A DNA stretch of 63,567 nt, counting the filler, from Stramenopiles sp. TOSAG23-6 (Eukaryota), in assembly GCA_900128565.1 (NCBI GenBank). It is 15 parts of 15 records of this genome, joined end to end, with 100 filler letters (N's around TTAATTAATTAA, not from the genome) between each part and the next. Parts side by side here need not be neighbours in the genome. Positions count along the whole stretch, not along the records: positions 8,527 to 12,689 come from LT637249.1; positions 12,790 to 16,950 come from LT637250.1; positions 17,051 to 21,210 come from LT637251.1; positions 21,311 to 25,467 come from LT637252.1; 11 more parts are not named here. The stretch is one strand, 5' to 3'. The notes beneath the pieces are model-generated. The model did no database searches. It was not told the DNA's origin and was given only the letters and a program-made list of their open reading frames with translations. Numbering within the stretch: position 1 is the stretch's first letter; each line of letters starts with the position of its first letter. The position numbers and the translations under genes are program-made. This document shows, in pieces, positions 11,701-24,573 of the stretch.

Positions 11701-12689
11701 ATTAGGATTTCATGTACGTTTTCAGAATTCATTTCAATTTTTTTTTTTTTTTTTTTTTTNGTACAAAATTGTATACTTAACAAAACAAATGAAAATTTGT
11801 CATATTATCCTAAAAGTAAAGGTCAATTCGAGTAAAACATGCGTAAATTTTGATGTATGTGTAAAAATCACTGACCCTAAAGATAAAACAAAAACAATAA
11901 AAAAAAAGATAAAAAATATAGAAAATAACACACTTAGTTGGTGTGGTTTAGAAATTAACACAAAAACATTTGAAATAATTACTGATTTTTCAAGGTATCG
12001 CATGTTTTCATTGTGAATTTCAAATTTATTTATTTTTTTTTTTTTTTTTTTAGTATGAAATTTTGTACCTAACAAATTTCGAATTTAATTTTTTTTTTAC
12101 AATACATGCGATCAATCGCTTCGTTCTGCGATTCAATATAATTCAGGACTCGGACACAAACCTGGCCAGACGATTATTGATCATCTAAAAAATTTCATTA
12201 AACATAAATGTATGTTTTATCTTTTTTCAATTTCGATTTTTTTTTTTGGAAAGTTTTGTACCTAACAAAGTTTAATTTTCTTTTTTTTGAAATATTTTTC
12301 CAAAATACATGTCAAAAATTATTTTTTGATAGGTGTATCAATAAAATATCAACAATGTTACAACATATATGCAATGTGTTGATTATTGCAGCAATGAGAT
12401 TTCATCTATTGTATCGAATTTTACAACGAAAAAAAATCAAAAGAACAAAACGAAAAAAACGGAAAAAAAAAGGAAATATGAAAAAGGATACTTTTACTAA
12501 AAATGAAAAGAAGAATGAAAATTCAAATTTCCTTTTTAGCATATTATTGGAAATTAGCAAATACACGCAAATTTTAATCCGAAAACGATTTTCCCCAGCA
12601 TCATCTTTACAATACCAAAAATCAAATCGAAATGAAAATAATGAAACAAATCGAAATGAAAACAATAAAACAAATTCGTTTCCATCGCA
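8732..12689 (+). CDS. TERT: TERT, copy 3 (duplicate contig, offset 8526)
   Basis: Same sequence and ORF set as copies 1 and 2. Confidence 0.9.
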
Positions 12690-12837
12690 NNNNNNNNNNN
12701 NNNNNNNNNNNNNNNNNNNNNNNNNNNNNNNNNTTAATTAATTAANNNNNNNNNNNNNNNNNNNNNNNNNNNNNNNNNNNNNNNNNNNNAAAAATATTTC
12801 AAAATTTTCTTAAAAAAAAAAAACATTAGGTACAAAA

Positions 12838-12871
<34 letters not shown>

Positions 12872-12900
12872 GTAAATTCAAAATTGAAATGAAAACGTAC

Positions 12901-13225
12901 ATGGATTTGATAATAATTGAGGTGGAGTTTGTCCAAAATTATCAATCATTGAAATCATTAATTGAAATCTCATAGGATCAATTTCACGAACATGTATTTT
13001 GGAAAAATATTTGAAAAAATCTAAAAAAAATCGTTAGGTACAAAATTTTTATAAAAAACCAAAAAAAAATTCAATTTAAAAATTTAAAAAAAAAAAATAA
13101 AACCAACACATTCCAAGGATTCCCCACCAGCATTTTCATAGGAAACAGAAGCAAATACATTACAAGCATTAACTGCTGCTTCACTACCCTCGGCAAGGAA
13201 AGGACCTCTTTGTTTATGACCAAAT
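12901..13225 (-). CDS. BEACH-domain protein fragment (exons 13225-13108 and 12991-12901)
   Basis: Translates to FGHKQRG...AVNACNVFASVSYE...IDP...MIDNFGQTPPQL, the C-terminal BEACH signature. Not present in the ORF track. Confidence 0.85.
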
Positions 13226-13348
13226 ATGCATTTTGGAAAAATATTTCAAAATTTTCTATAAAAAAAAAATTGTTAGGTACAAATTGTTTTTACCAAAAAA
13301 AAAATAAATTCAATTTCAAATTTAAAAAAAAAATAAAATAAAACACAC

Positions 13349-16300
13349 CCCCTCTATCCCACATACACACGCATTCATATGTAGTCATTTTTATACCAAG
13401 ACCAGCTTTGTTCCATAGATTCTGTAGAGTACTAAAACATTGCATCACTAGCATATCTTGGCGCATATCATCACCAACTTTAAATATAATTTGCACAACA
13501 TTTTCTTTTATATTCGATTGATTTTGCTTACTTTGTTCTTTTTTACTATTTTGAATATCTCGATTTGCCTGACGAATACATCTAGATATTTCAAACATCC
13601 ACATATCTTGTTAAAAATTATTGAAAAATTTCAAAAATTTGTTAGGTACAAAATTTTTCTATGAAAAAAACAATTGAAAAAATTGAAATTCATAATTAAA
13701 AACCTACGAATCTCTTTGTCTTGGAGATCTTGCAGCGAATGTCATTACGGAACCTTTGCTAGAGGTGCGTAACTCAAACGAGTAATAGCAAAAGCCTTTT
13801 ATATGTACTTCGCTTGGTTTGCCACTAGGTAACGCTACACTTACAATATCCGTAACAAGAGAAAATACTCGATGTTTATCAATGACTCTATCATAATCAT
13901 CAAATGTTCCTCCCATTGAATCATTTCTAATAATTTTACGATCATTTATACTTCGTTTCTTAGATACATTTGTTGAATCTAATGACATTGTACTGTGAAA
14001 AAATATTTCAAAATTTTAAATTGTTAGGTACAAAATGTACTATGGAAAAAAAAAATAAAACTGAAAACTGAAAACGTACCATGGAGCTGTGTTTCCGATG
14101 ATTTTCGATTACGTCGTGAACTTTTTGCAGTTGTATACTCCAGACGATCTTTATATAAAAGAACCTTGCGATCAATCCAACCTAATCCTCCAAGAACTCT
14201 TTTGTGGCGAAGTTTATGTAAATGACCACCACAAATTAATTCTTCTTCATCTATTTCGTTATCTATATTTTCTATATGTTCAGTGTCTTCATCATCACTG
14301 CATATGCTATTGATACATTCACTATATGGTGATGGATTTATCCAAACACTACCCGTACCTCCTGCATCATTTTGATTTTTCTGAGTATGTTGTTGTCCTC
14401 CTATATCTCCATCTTCAGAAGGATATGTATTGTAAAAAAAAATAAATTCGAAATTTGTTAGGTACAAAATTTTCAAAAAAAAAAAATAAATTTGAAATTC
14501 ATAATGAAAACGTACTTTGCTGCGCTGAAGAAAGTTTATGATGTAATTTAGCAAAGGCACCTTTTGGACCCCAAAGCCGTTGCTGTAAACTCAACTCAGG
14601 AAGTTTTCTTAATTGATATGATAACATTCGAATTAAAGGGTTAACTGTGGCTTCTTCAACTGAGCTTAACCATAATAAGGGTAAACCTATTTTGACGACA
14701 TTGGCAATAGCATATATTGTGAACAAATATTTATTTTTTTTAGTTAAAAAATCGTTAGGTACAAAATTCCTACCAAAATAAAAAAATAAATATATCTGGA
14801 ATTCATCATGAAAACGTACATACTCAAGTAATAAAGAAAGTAATGGCGACGAGGGTGCTGATCCAATTGATGATACTATAATTTTCTCGCCTTTGAGAGC
14901 TTGTAATAATTGAGGTAAATATAAAGAAAAATCTTGAACTGATAGTTTTAGTGCTTTTAGACAATGTACGGCATACAACCGCAATTCCTGTGATGTGTAG
15001 CGACAACCTAGCATTGCAATACACTCAACAGGATGATATTTTCTCCACCAGTCACACGGAGGCACTATTTGCATAGCTTCAATTGTTTGATGTTTATTTC
15101 CCCAATCAACTGCTTGAAGAAAACGATGCAACAAAGCTGGGCCAGAGCCAATTTGTTGTGTTTTTGATAACATCAAAGTAGGATGCCATAGTGCTTGAAA
15201 TTGCTGTCGCGCTTTCCAGACGACTTCTTTTTCACTAGCACACAGATTTAGGAGAGGGTCAAGTTTCATCACAGCATCTAAAGAATCAGGATCTAAAAAG
15301 TCTGAAAATTTCATAAATCCAGTAGNTGCAGGAATGGACCATTCCTCTTCTCCCGAATCATCCTCAGAACTTGAATTTGATGTAGAGCCATTTGTCAATG
15401 CAGCGATAGTATTGATCCAAGCAACACGTCGCTCATCTCCACTTGCAGATTTGAGACGTTTAAAGGGAGAAAGAGTCATCATTTTACCCGTTGTGTTTAT
15501 ACTACATCCAATTCTATTTGGTTTTGCGTGTATAGTGAAAAATATTTTATTTTTTTTTACGAAAAAAACATAAAAAAAATCATTAGTACATTTTTTGTTT
15601 TTTCGTAAAAAAAAAACAAATGTAGGTAAAACATTGAATTTTAAAAACATACATGTTTTGGTGAAAATCGTCCCAGTACACGAACAGAATTCATCCATTC
15701 ATCTAACAAAGCTTGTGCTTCTTCAACGACAGTATTCATAGCACATTTTTTAATTCCAGGTAAAAAAGTTTGGTGTAGAAACTTTCCTATCCCAGTCGAT
15801 CCTAAAATATTTTCATTTATAGAAATCAAACTAAACAATTTCAAGCAAATGACAATTTCAGAATAATCTTTTGAGATCAATGCTTTCTGTGCACGTTTTT
15901 TCACAGTTTTTGTGAATTCTATTGTTTCACTTTCAGACACAAAAAACTTTCGTTTTTTTTGGTGTGTTTGCAATTGCGGTACTATTTGTACATTTTCTGG
16001 AATTGTAGCACGGAAAATATACCAAAAATTTGTTTTTTTCCCTGGTAAAATTAAGTGAAATAAAGTCCTTTCGTATCGCTCTCTCAATGTTTCTGACTCT
16101 CCTTTGCAGTGTTCGATCTGAGACATACCTCTGCATGTTTTTCTAAAAAAAAATATATTTTTTTAAATCATTAGGTACAAAATTTTCATACTAATATATA
16201 TATATATATACAATTGAAATTGAAATGAATGATGAAGACGTACTACTCTCTCGACCGACTTTTGCATTTAATAAAGATATTGACAGCATTAATTCTTTCT

Positions 16301-16897
16301 TTGCAAATGTCGCATATAAATTTAAGGTATATTTCTGTTTATCAATCTTTGCCCATCTTTGCTCAAAAATAGTTGATTTCGTGATTGGTGGTTTTCCAAT
16401 AAATACTCCTAACGGACCTTCCCTGCCAAGATTTTCTTCTAAATAGTTACAAGAATTTCTAGAACGCAACGTTACAGATGATGTTTTTGATACTACAGTC
16501 GAAGATCGATTTCTTCTATGATGAGCTAGTGCAGCTGCATCCTGAATTTTAGTTGATGTTGGAGATGCGGTGTTGTTTGTAGGTTGAGGGAATGACTTGG
16601 AATGTCGAAGAGGGTTTTTAGTATGAGGGTTCTTGAAAAAGAATTTTCGTTTTTCAACAAATCCTTCTACAACGTAAATTTTTCCATCTGAACTTCCCTC
16701 AGTCGATACCTGCAAACGAGGGACTAATTTTGAGGGTACACTTGAAACTATTTTACTACTATGTTTCATTGATGTTGACGATTTTATTCTATTTGACGTT
16801 TTTATTCTATTTGACATTTTTTTTGAGGTTGAATGCTTTAAAACATACAAAATATATGTTGCAAACTCTCTTGATCTCTCAGATAGTGCAGGACATA
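13349..16897 (-). CDS. Phosphoinositide 3-kinase-like protein, partial, multi-exon (PH domains, PIK helical domain, start of catalytic domain)
   Basis: EKEVVWKAR...FLQAVDW...LRLYAVHCL...YLPQLLQALK (PIK); GGHLHKL...W.DRKVLL (PH); IIFKVGDDMRQDMLVMQ (kinase). Confidence 0.85.
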
Positions 16898-17116
16898 ATG
16901 TATTTTGGAAAAATATTTCAAAAAAAAAAAAACTAAAATTTGTTAGGTACNNNNNNNNNNNNNNNNNNNNNNNNNNNNNNNNNNNNNNNNNNNNTTAATT
17001 AATTAANNNNNNNNNNNNNNNNNNNNNNNNNNNNNNNNNNNNNNNNNNNNAAATTTGTTAGGTACAAAATTTCGTACGAAAAAAAATTCGAATTTGAAAA
17101 AAATATGAAAACGTGC

Positions 17117-19089
17117 ATTGTATTTGATTTAACTTTTTTTCTGAAATTTCAAAATTCCTTTTTTCTATTTCAAGCAATTTTGTTTTTTCTTCATTTTGAG
17201 TTCTTAAAGTATTTAAATGCTCTCTTAGTTTTGATGTATTGCATTTTACATCTACAATAGATTTTTCAATTGTGGAAATGATGTCAGGTTTTATTTCAAC
17301 AGTCGAAATGACGTCATCTTTTTCAATTGTCGAAATGATATCAGGTTTTATTTCAACAGTCGAAATGACGTCATCATTTGTACGTGTACTTATTCCTATC
17401 GGACGTATTAATTGATTTGTATCAAATTTTATTTTTTCTACATCTGAAATTGTTTTAGACACGAAATCGAATAATTTTGTTTTTTTATCATTTAATATTT
17501 TCCTTTCATCATTCATAAGTTTTATTTTGTCTTGATATATTTTGATTTTTTTCTGACAANCACATTCAGCGTCCATATATTTCTTTTCCATTGCGGTATT
17601 GGATGTACATATTGTGAAAAAATATTTTTTTTTTTCATAAAAAAAATCGTTAGGTACAAAATTATCTANGAAAANAAATCATTTTTAAAATGTATGATGA
17701 AAACGTNCATGTATTGAAGAAATTTCATGCTCTAATATTGTTTNCTTTTTTTCTAAATTTAAGAGCTCTTGGTGTAAACATTTGTTTGTNTTNTCTGAAT
17801 CTAATAACATTCCTTGTAATGTTTCATTATCTTCCCGGAGTAAACTCTTTTGAAAAATATTTTTTTTATTCGAAATATTCGTTAGGTACAAAATTTTCAT
17901 AGAAAAAAAAATTAAAATTGAAATTGAAATTGAAATTGAAATTGAAATGAAAGTGGATAACCTACAACATCATTTTATCACTACTTATATTTAGCTTTTC
18001 TACGATTTCATTGTGTTCCGCCTGTAATTTACATTTCTCATTTTGTAATGAAGAAAGTAATGAAATTTTACTCTCAATGACCAACTGTTGATTTTTTATT
18101 TCTTCATCTAAAATTGAAACTTCTTTTTCTAGATCAGGAATTTGTGCAATCACAGATCTATTTTCATTTATAGTANCAGAAATACGTGCTTTCGAATCAA
18201 TGATTGTAGATATTTTTGACTTGTTGTTTTGGATTTGAATCATTGCTTCCCTTTTTTCTGCCTCTAGCTTCACTGTTTCAATCTGCATGTCTAAATTTTC
18301 TTTGAATAATATCAAACTATCTACTGCAAATGTTGCGTGATTTGCTGCACAAAAAGCTTGAAAAGCAGCGTTGGCAGAAACACGAGATATCTTCTTTTGC
18401 TTAATCTTTAGATTGTCTGACTTTGCTTTTTGTTTTTTTGTATAAATTTCACCTTTTGATAATGTNAACTTTAANTCTTNTATACNTTCTTGAGAATTAT
18501 TAAACTTGATTCTTTCATTTTTTATGCGCTNCTTGAGCTCCTTATTTTTACTCTCTTGATGTCGTATTTCTGCTTGCTTTTGTAGTAGTTTCTTCTCAAC
18601 GTCATCAATATAAGACATGTTGGAACGTTCTTCAACTTTGTCTCTAAAAAGTGTCGCAATTTGAGATGTTTCGGATTTTTCACCACAGATTTGTACAAGT
18701 TCGCTATACGAATCAGATGCTGCTTTTTTTATTTCTTGTGTCGATTGTACCACTTTTTGTTCTAACAATGATACTTTGTTTATTANAANGCTNAGTGCTG
18801 CAAAGCGAGTGTTNACAGTAGACTTTCGTTGTAAAAGTGGATCAACACNCTTGTCAAGCTTTGATTGCAAAGAATCTTCCACACTACGAGCAACATCTGA
18901 AAACTGTGATTGCAGTTGTGAACATTCTTTTTGCAAGACGGAACATTGACCTACTATATCTTCAATGCTTTTCATTCTCCTTTCGTTACTTGTTTTGGAT
19001 ATAGTTGTTAAACTGAGTGCCTCTATTGCGTCACGCCGAAGTTGTGCAAAATCAACCTTTTGTGGTGCTTCGCGGGAAACTCTACTCAT
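17117..19089 (-). CDS. Long coiled-coil protein, partial, at least 3 exons
   Basis: ORFs 17962-19089, 17685-17900 and 17058-17591 join in frame across family introns; K/E/Q/L-rich. Confidence 0.7.
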
Positions 19090-19437
19090 TTCTGCAAAAG
19101 ATATTTGTAATATATATATACTCTTCTTAGTGATAACTCGTAAACGCCTTGAGAAACTTAGAATGACTGCTATTATTGATCAAAGGACAAGAACAACTCT
19201 CTTGTGCTAATCGATCCAATCGATCCGCAAGACCGCAAGACAAGGACTGTTTTAGTAGTCATTCTCAACCAATCAAAAAAATGCGATTGACACAAAGCTG
19301 CTTTGCTGAATGTTAATTATTAATGAAATAGATTCAGTTTCTTCTTTTTTTTTTTTGAGAAACCTTGTGNAACAACAACAACAACACTATCNGCCATCGT
19401 NCAANTTTACGCTTCATNTCATGTTTTTGNCATTACA

Positions 19438-20787
19438 ATGATAATAATGATTTACATTTCTTANTTTACACTTTTTTTTGTGACATCAACAAATGGTGCG
19501 ATGATACAATACTGGCCTGGGCCGGCCCGACCACAGCATCCATATTATCCTCTTAGCATAACGACGGAAAGACCACAAACGACCGCCGCCATCGGCAAGC
19601 CGGCGGAACCNGTCAGACTGAGGCAAGATTCAAGACTAAGAGAGCCCCGAAGAGAGCACACAGCAGCAGAGTATGAACGTGTCACAACACAAGCAACACA
19701 AACAACACAAACAACACGAGCAAACGAAAAAAGCACAACACTAACTGCAGCAACTGTAGTAACGACAACAGACTTAGCAACCAAAGCAACAAAACTTCCA
19801 AGACTTGCAGTTGTATTTGATTTAGATGAAACCTTAATTCATTCTCACTTAGTTGATCTTAATCAAAGTGCAGAGGATATTGATTTAATTGTTACAAAGT
19901 GTGATGAGGATAATGATTGTTTCAAACTTCTTTATATGTCTAGAGGTGGCGAAGAAACATTTACCGTTCGTAAACAACGTGGTATACCTAAATTAGAAGA
20001 GTTTGTGGCTCATGATGAAATATATTTGGTCCAAAAACGACCCGGTCTTGATGCATTTTTGGCAACTGTATCAAAAAAGTATGATCTTTGTATGTTTTTT
20101 ACGGTTNTTTACGGTTTTTCATCATTCATTTTCTTGAAAATTTATTCATTTTGTTTTCGTAGGTAATTTTGTACCTAACATTTCTTTTTGTTTTTTGATA
20201 TTTTGTATACTGTTTACATTTTTACTGCTGGAACAAAAGGCTATGCTGATGCAGTTATAAATGAAATAGATACAAACTCNTATTTTCCAAANGAAAGTCG
20301 TTATTACCGANACCATTGCCAGACTTTAACATTTTCTTCTGCAGACGGTCAAGAATTTGTAGCATANGGAAAAGACTTGCTAGTGATGAAAGGAAACCTT
20401 AAAAACCCTAACCCTAACCCTCTTTTTCCTTTTTCTCGAATTGTGTTAGTTGATAATAAAGAAATTTCGTTTTTTGCTCGACCTGGAAATGGAATACTTA
20501 TCAAAGATTTCATTGATGATAAAAATGATTTTGAACTAATGATTTTGATAGACGCTTTAAATGATATTGATAATTGTGACAATGTTGAACATCGTGCAAA
20601 CAATTTATTTCAGATGAAAAGACAAGAAAAACACGAAAAACACGAAAACCACGAAAACCACGAAAAACGAAAAGATAAAAAGAGAAAAGAGGAAGCGAAA
20701 ATGACTTTGAGACAAGAACAAGAATCGAAAAAAAAAGCGCGGGCTGCGAACATACTTGAGATGATGTTGGAACCATTGGACGTGTGA
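19438..20787 (+). CDS. FCP1/SCP (NIF) family HAD phosphatase with a putative signal peptide; one intron at about 20090-20213
   Basis: VVFDLDETLIHS, KRPGLDAFL, IFTAG..YADAVI, KDL, IVLVDN...PGNGILIKDF. Confidence 0.9.
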
Positions 20788-21364
20788 GATCAGTGACGGT
20801 GCAAAGCAGCTGCTGCAGCAGTGCGCGCTGCTTGCGTCACAAATAATTTTTTTGAATGTTTCCAAGGATTTTTTAAATTTTTTTTGGAATTTTTTTGAGT
20901 TTTTAATTTTTTCTTTGACCAATAAATTATAACTAGCCTACAGTACCTAATAAATGTCCTTATAGCCAATTCTTCAAGTATCAGAAACACGTGTCAGCAA
21001 ATTGGCACGAAATCGGAAATCATATGAACAGAAAAATCAAATTCAAAATTCAAAATTACTCCTATACCCCGGTCAAAATCAAAATTTAATGCGGTCAAAA
21101 TTTTTAAAAATCGGAGAGAGTCAAAGAAAATTATCGATTCGTACATCCAAATAAATATTAATAAGAAGATGTCTTTGAAACAGAATGGTATCTCGTTTCT
21201 CTTCATTTTGNNNNNNNNNNNNNNNNNNNNNNNNNNNNNNNNNNNNNNNNNNNNTTAATTAATTAANNNNNNNNNNNNNNNNNNNNNNNNNNNNNNNNNN
21301 NNNNNNNNNNACAAAATTTCGTACGAAAAATAAATTCGAAATTGAAAAAAAAATAAAACATATA

Positions 21365-21914
21365 TGGTAGTTCTCTGTTTTTTTGAAGAATATTCTTTCT
21401 CAGAGAGGGGAGGTTCAAACATTTCATCAAATGTTTCATCAAAACTTTCATTAAACGTTTCACTAAATAATCTCGAAGTAGCATTATTTGTATTTTTATC
21501 AAATATAGATGAAAGTTTTGCCCAAACTAAAACACAATACATTTTCACATTTTCCAGAACATCATGAATAGATCCACTTTTTGGAATAAAATAAAATAAA
21601 ACAGCCGATGTCCATGATGACAACAGTTCCATAATTGTATATACAGTACTATCTCCTTTACACACATTCTCACAAACAAATGTACATAAACCACAATATC
21701 TCCCATCACAGAAAGGAGGTCGACGTCTGTTGGCTAATGGGTTATCCAAAGTGCATGCGTCACTATTACATATACGGCAGCTGTCGCAATATCTCGTACA
21801 TGGACCCATCACAGATGAATTTGCTATCTTTTCTACCCCCATAACGCCAAATAAATGGGTATGTAGAATAATCAACAATGTGATTTTCGGTTTCATCGCC
21901 CCGCTGCCGTTCAT
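21365..21914 (-). CDS. Hypothetical Cys-rich membrane or secreted protein, partial
   Basis: Open frame with a hydrophobic N-terminus and a Cys cluster; ends at a family intron. Confidence 0.55.
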
Positions 21915-22215
21915 TATCTAAATCATTCAAAATTTTAAAGAAGAAAAGAATAGAAAAAAAGAGATCTTGTCGTCGGTTTCGCTTTATTTTTTTTTTGAAT
22001 TTTCTCCCGAGGATCGCGATTAAATTTTCAAGCAGATTTGATTTCGTGCGTCTTGTTGACGTCACTGCTGCTGGTCAATTTCAGGTAGCTGTCATAAATT
22101 AATTAAATTAATAGTGTCATCATCTGGATTCTGGAGTAGAGTATCTTCATACTATCGTAAAATATTACATCTTTGGCTTTGTAGTCTTACTATAAGGTTT
22201 GCATAATTCCAGTCT

Positions 22216-23127
22216 ATGCATAGGTTTTTGCGTATAGGAACAACACAGAAACGTATTTTTCAATTTGCATTAGCCACAGGCACAGTAGCAGCAGTCACCG
22301 AGTGCCCCCCCAACAAATCACTATATAAGTCATCTTCGTATAATATGTCTCCAATGGTAGCCCACTGCCTTAGTTTTTCAACATCTTTACCATCAAAATT
22401 GAAGAAGTGTGACCAAAAGCAGTTAGAACCCGGGAGTCATTCACGTACTGAATTATTTGAAGAGTTAGAGCAGCTATCACACGAAAACAAAACAGTTTCT
22501 GTTTTATGGCGTCTATGTCGTGCGTGCTTTGATATCTCAGAAGAAATCCCAGCAAAGGGTACGCAAGAAGAAAGGAACGAAAAGGAACGCCTCGTGCGGA
22601 AGGCTCTAGACCTCGCGCGAGAGGCTGTCACCGAAGCTAACAAAGGAGAAGCCGGGTCAGATTCTCGAGATTGTTCAGCAGCGCACAAGTGGTTTGGTAT
22701 CTGTCTTTCCTCCCTGGGTGACTACTTGGGCACAAAAGAAAAGATCAAAAATTCGTTTACGATACAGGAAAGCTTCAAAAAAGCTTCGGAATTAAATCCT
22801 TCGGATCCAAATTGTTTTCATTTATTAGGTCGATGGGCTTTCAGTGTAGCCTCAATAAGTTGGGTTGAACGTCAAGCCGCCTCTTTTATTTTTGCGACTC
22901 CTCCAACCTCGGACTATTCTAAAGCACTTAAATTATTCGAAAAAGCCGAAGAAATGCAACCTGGATTTTGGAAAACGAATATGCTTATGTTAGCAAAGTG
23001 TAAATATCAGCTGGGAGATAGACAAAGTGCAAAACAATGGGCTGAAGCTGCGTTAAAATTGCCAATACGAACTCCAGAAGATCGTGACAGTCAAGAGCAA
23101 GTGAAGGAATTACTCTCTAAGTTATAG
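22216..23127 (+). CDS. RMDN1: Regulator of microtubule dynamics (RMDN1-like) TPR protein
   Basis: VLWRLCRACFD, AHKWFGI, KEKIKNSFTI, HLLGRWAFSVA.ISWVERQAAS.IFATPP; intronless. Confidence 0.9.
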   Translation: MHRFLRIGTTQKRIFQFALATGTVAAVTECPPNKSLYKSSSYNMSPMVAHCLSFSTSLPSKLKKCDQKQLEPGSHSRTELFEELEQLSHENKTVSVLWRLCRACFDISEEIPAKGTQEERNEKERLVRKALDLAREAVTEANKGEAGSDSRDCSAAHKWFGICLSSLGDYLGTKEKIKNSFTIQESFKKASELNPSDPNCFHLLGRWAFSVASISWVERQAASFIFATPPTSDYSKALKLFEKAEEMQPGFWKTNMLMLAKCKYQLGDRQSAKQWAEAALKLPIRTPEDRDSQEQVKELLSKL

Positions 23128-23357
23128 AAGATTCTGACAGTCAAGAACAAGTGAAGGAATTACTCTCTAAGTTATGATGCTACACATTTACAGTACCTGA
23201 ACGACGACGTTTACAATACAATTCAAAATAAACGAATACTAATAACTTTTTGTTGCATTTTGTATTTTGATTAAAAAGAAAATTCTTCTTGAAACATACT
23301 AATGATATATATCGTAATATTATGGAAATTATTTTACATAACCTCAATAAACAATTT

Positions 23358-24329
23358 TTAGCATGAATTTCCACCACTGGGAATTGGAAGCAAACCAACA
23401 GAATGTCGGGCAAGATTAATAGTGTTGACAAGAAGCATTGCGATAGTCATTGGTCCAATACCTCCAGGAACTGGTGTAATAGCTGAACAAACCATTTTGG
23501 CTTCATCGTAACACACATCCCCAACTAATCTATATCCTCGCTTTTTTGTTTTATCCTCTTTCTCGTTTATACCAACATCCAATACAACAGCACCTTTTTT
23601 AAGCCAAGAACCTCGAATAATTTCTGGTTTTCCAATTGCAGCAACAACAATGTCAGCTCTACGAATTTTATCCGAAAGGTCAACTGTGCGGGAATGGCAA
23701 ACTGTCACAGTAGCATTCATAGCTTGTAACATTGCAGCAACTGGCATTCCCACAATATTAGACCGTCCAACAACAACAGCATCTTTTCCAGAGACCTCTA
23801 TCTTATATCTTCGTAAAAGCTCCACGCAACCTGCTGGTGTGCAAGGCGATGCCAGTGGGGCATCTCCACCGCGTAAGCAGAGATTTCCAATATTGAGAGC
23901 AGAAAATCCATCAACATCCTTTTCAATTTTAATTGTTTTCAAAACACGAGCTTCGTCAATTTGTTTTGGTAGAGGCAACTGTACAAGGATACCGTGTACT
24001 TTGGGATCTTCATTTAGTTTTTTTACCTCTTGAATAAGGGTAGCTTCAGCGACATCCTCGGGCAATTTAATATCATAGTTATTGAAACCCACTTCCTCAG
24101 CCGCCTTCTTTTTCATTCTGACATACACGGCTGAATCTGTACGCGAACCTACAAGAACAACAGCTAAGCCTGGGGTAACTTGATGCGAAGATTTCAAGGA
24201 CGAAACATGGACTATGAGTTCTGAACGAATAGTTTTAGCTGTGGCACGACCATCGATTTTAATGGCCACCGCTTCCGTGGATAATACTGCATCCGTTTCA
24301 ATAGTCATTGCATATACGAATTTGCTCAA
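23358..24329 (-). CDS. folD: Bifunctional methylenetetrahydrofolate dehydrogenase/cyclohydrolase
   Basis: YVRMKKKA, HGILVQLPLP, KDVDGF, PCTPAG, GRSNIVGMP, ITPVPGGIGPMT; true ATG probably at about 24308. Confidence 0.96.
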   Translation of the reverse strand: MSKFVYAMTIETDAVLSTEAVAIKIDGRATAKTIRSELIVHVSSLKSSHQVTPGLAVVLVGSRTDSAVYVRMKKKAAEEVGFNNYDIKLPEDVAEATLIQEVKKLNEDPKVHGILVQLPLPKQIDEARVLKTIKIEKDVDGFSALNIGNLCLRGGDAPLASPCTPAGCVELLRRYKIEVSGKDAVVVGRSNIVGMPVAAMLQAMNATVTVCHSRTVDLSDKIRRADIVVAAIGKPEIIRGSWLKKGAVVLDVGINEKEDKTKKRGYRLVGDVCYDEAKMVCSAITPVPGGIGPMTIAMLLVNTINLARHSVGLLPIPSGGNSC

Positions 24330-24573
24330 GTTTAAGTGGATTCAATGCAAGAGAGTTGTGTTTCTTTTCCAACAAAAGAACTAAATTAATCTTTTCTTTG
24401 GGGAATGTTCTGATTCTGAATGTCTCATCAAAAATAAACCCCAACCCTAAGCTATTTTTTTTGACATTTGAACTCGAGAGTTGGCCCATTTAAATTCTGA
24501 ACGAGGTGGTCATGTGAACTGTGTGAAGGATACCCTTTGAGTGATCTAGGTAGATCAAAGCGCATGCATTAAA

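Larger units (their letters stand above)
1..12689. repeat. Three copies of one 4163-nt contig (1-4163, 4264-8426, 8527-12689) separated by artificial linkers
   Basis: Identical start and end points and identical ORF translations. Confidence 0.97.

Noticed and set aside
1-12689. Tandem triplication of TERT or an RT-based mobile array
   Set aside because: The copies share identical ends and an N position and are separated by artificial linkers, so they are redundant contigs.
23086-23177. ~50-nt duplication of the RMDN1 3' end
   Set aside because: A small local tandem duplication past the stop codon with no evident consequence.
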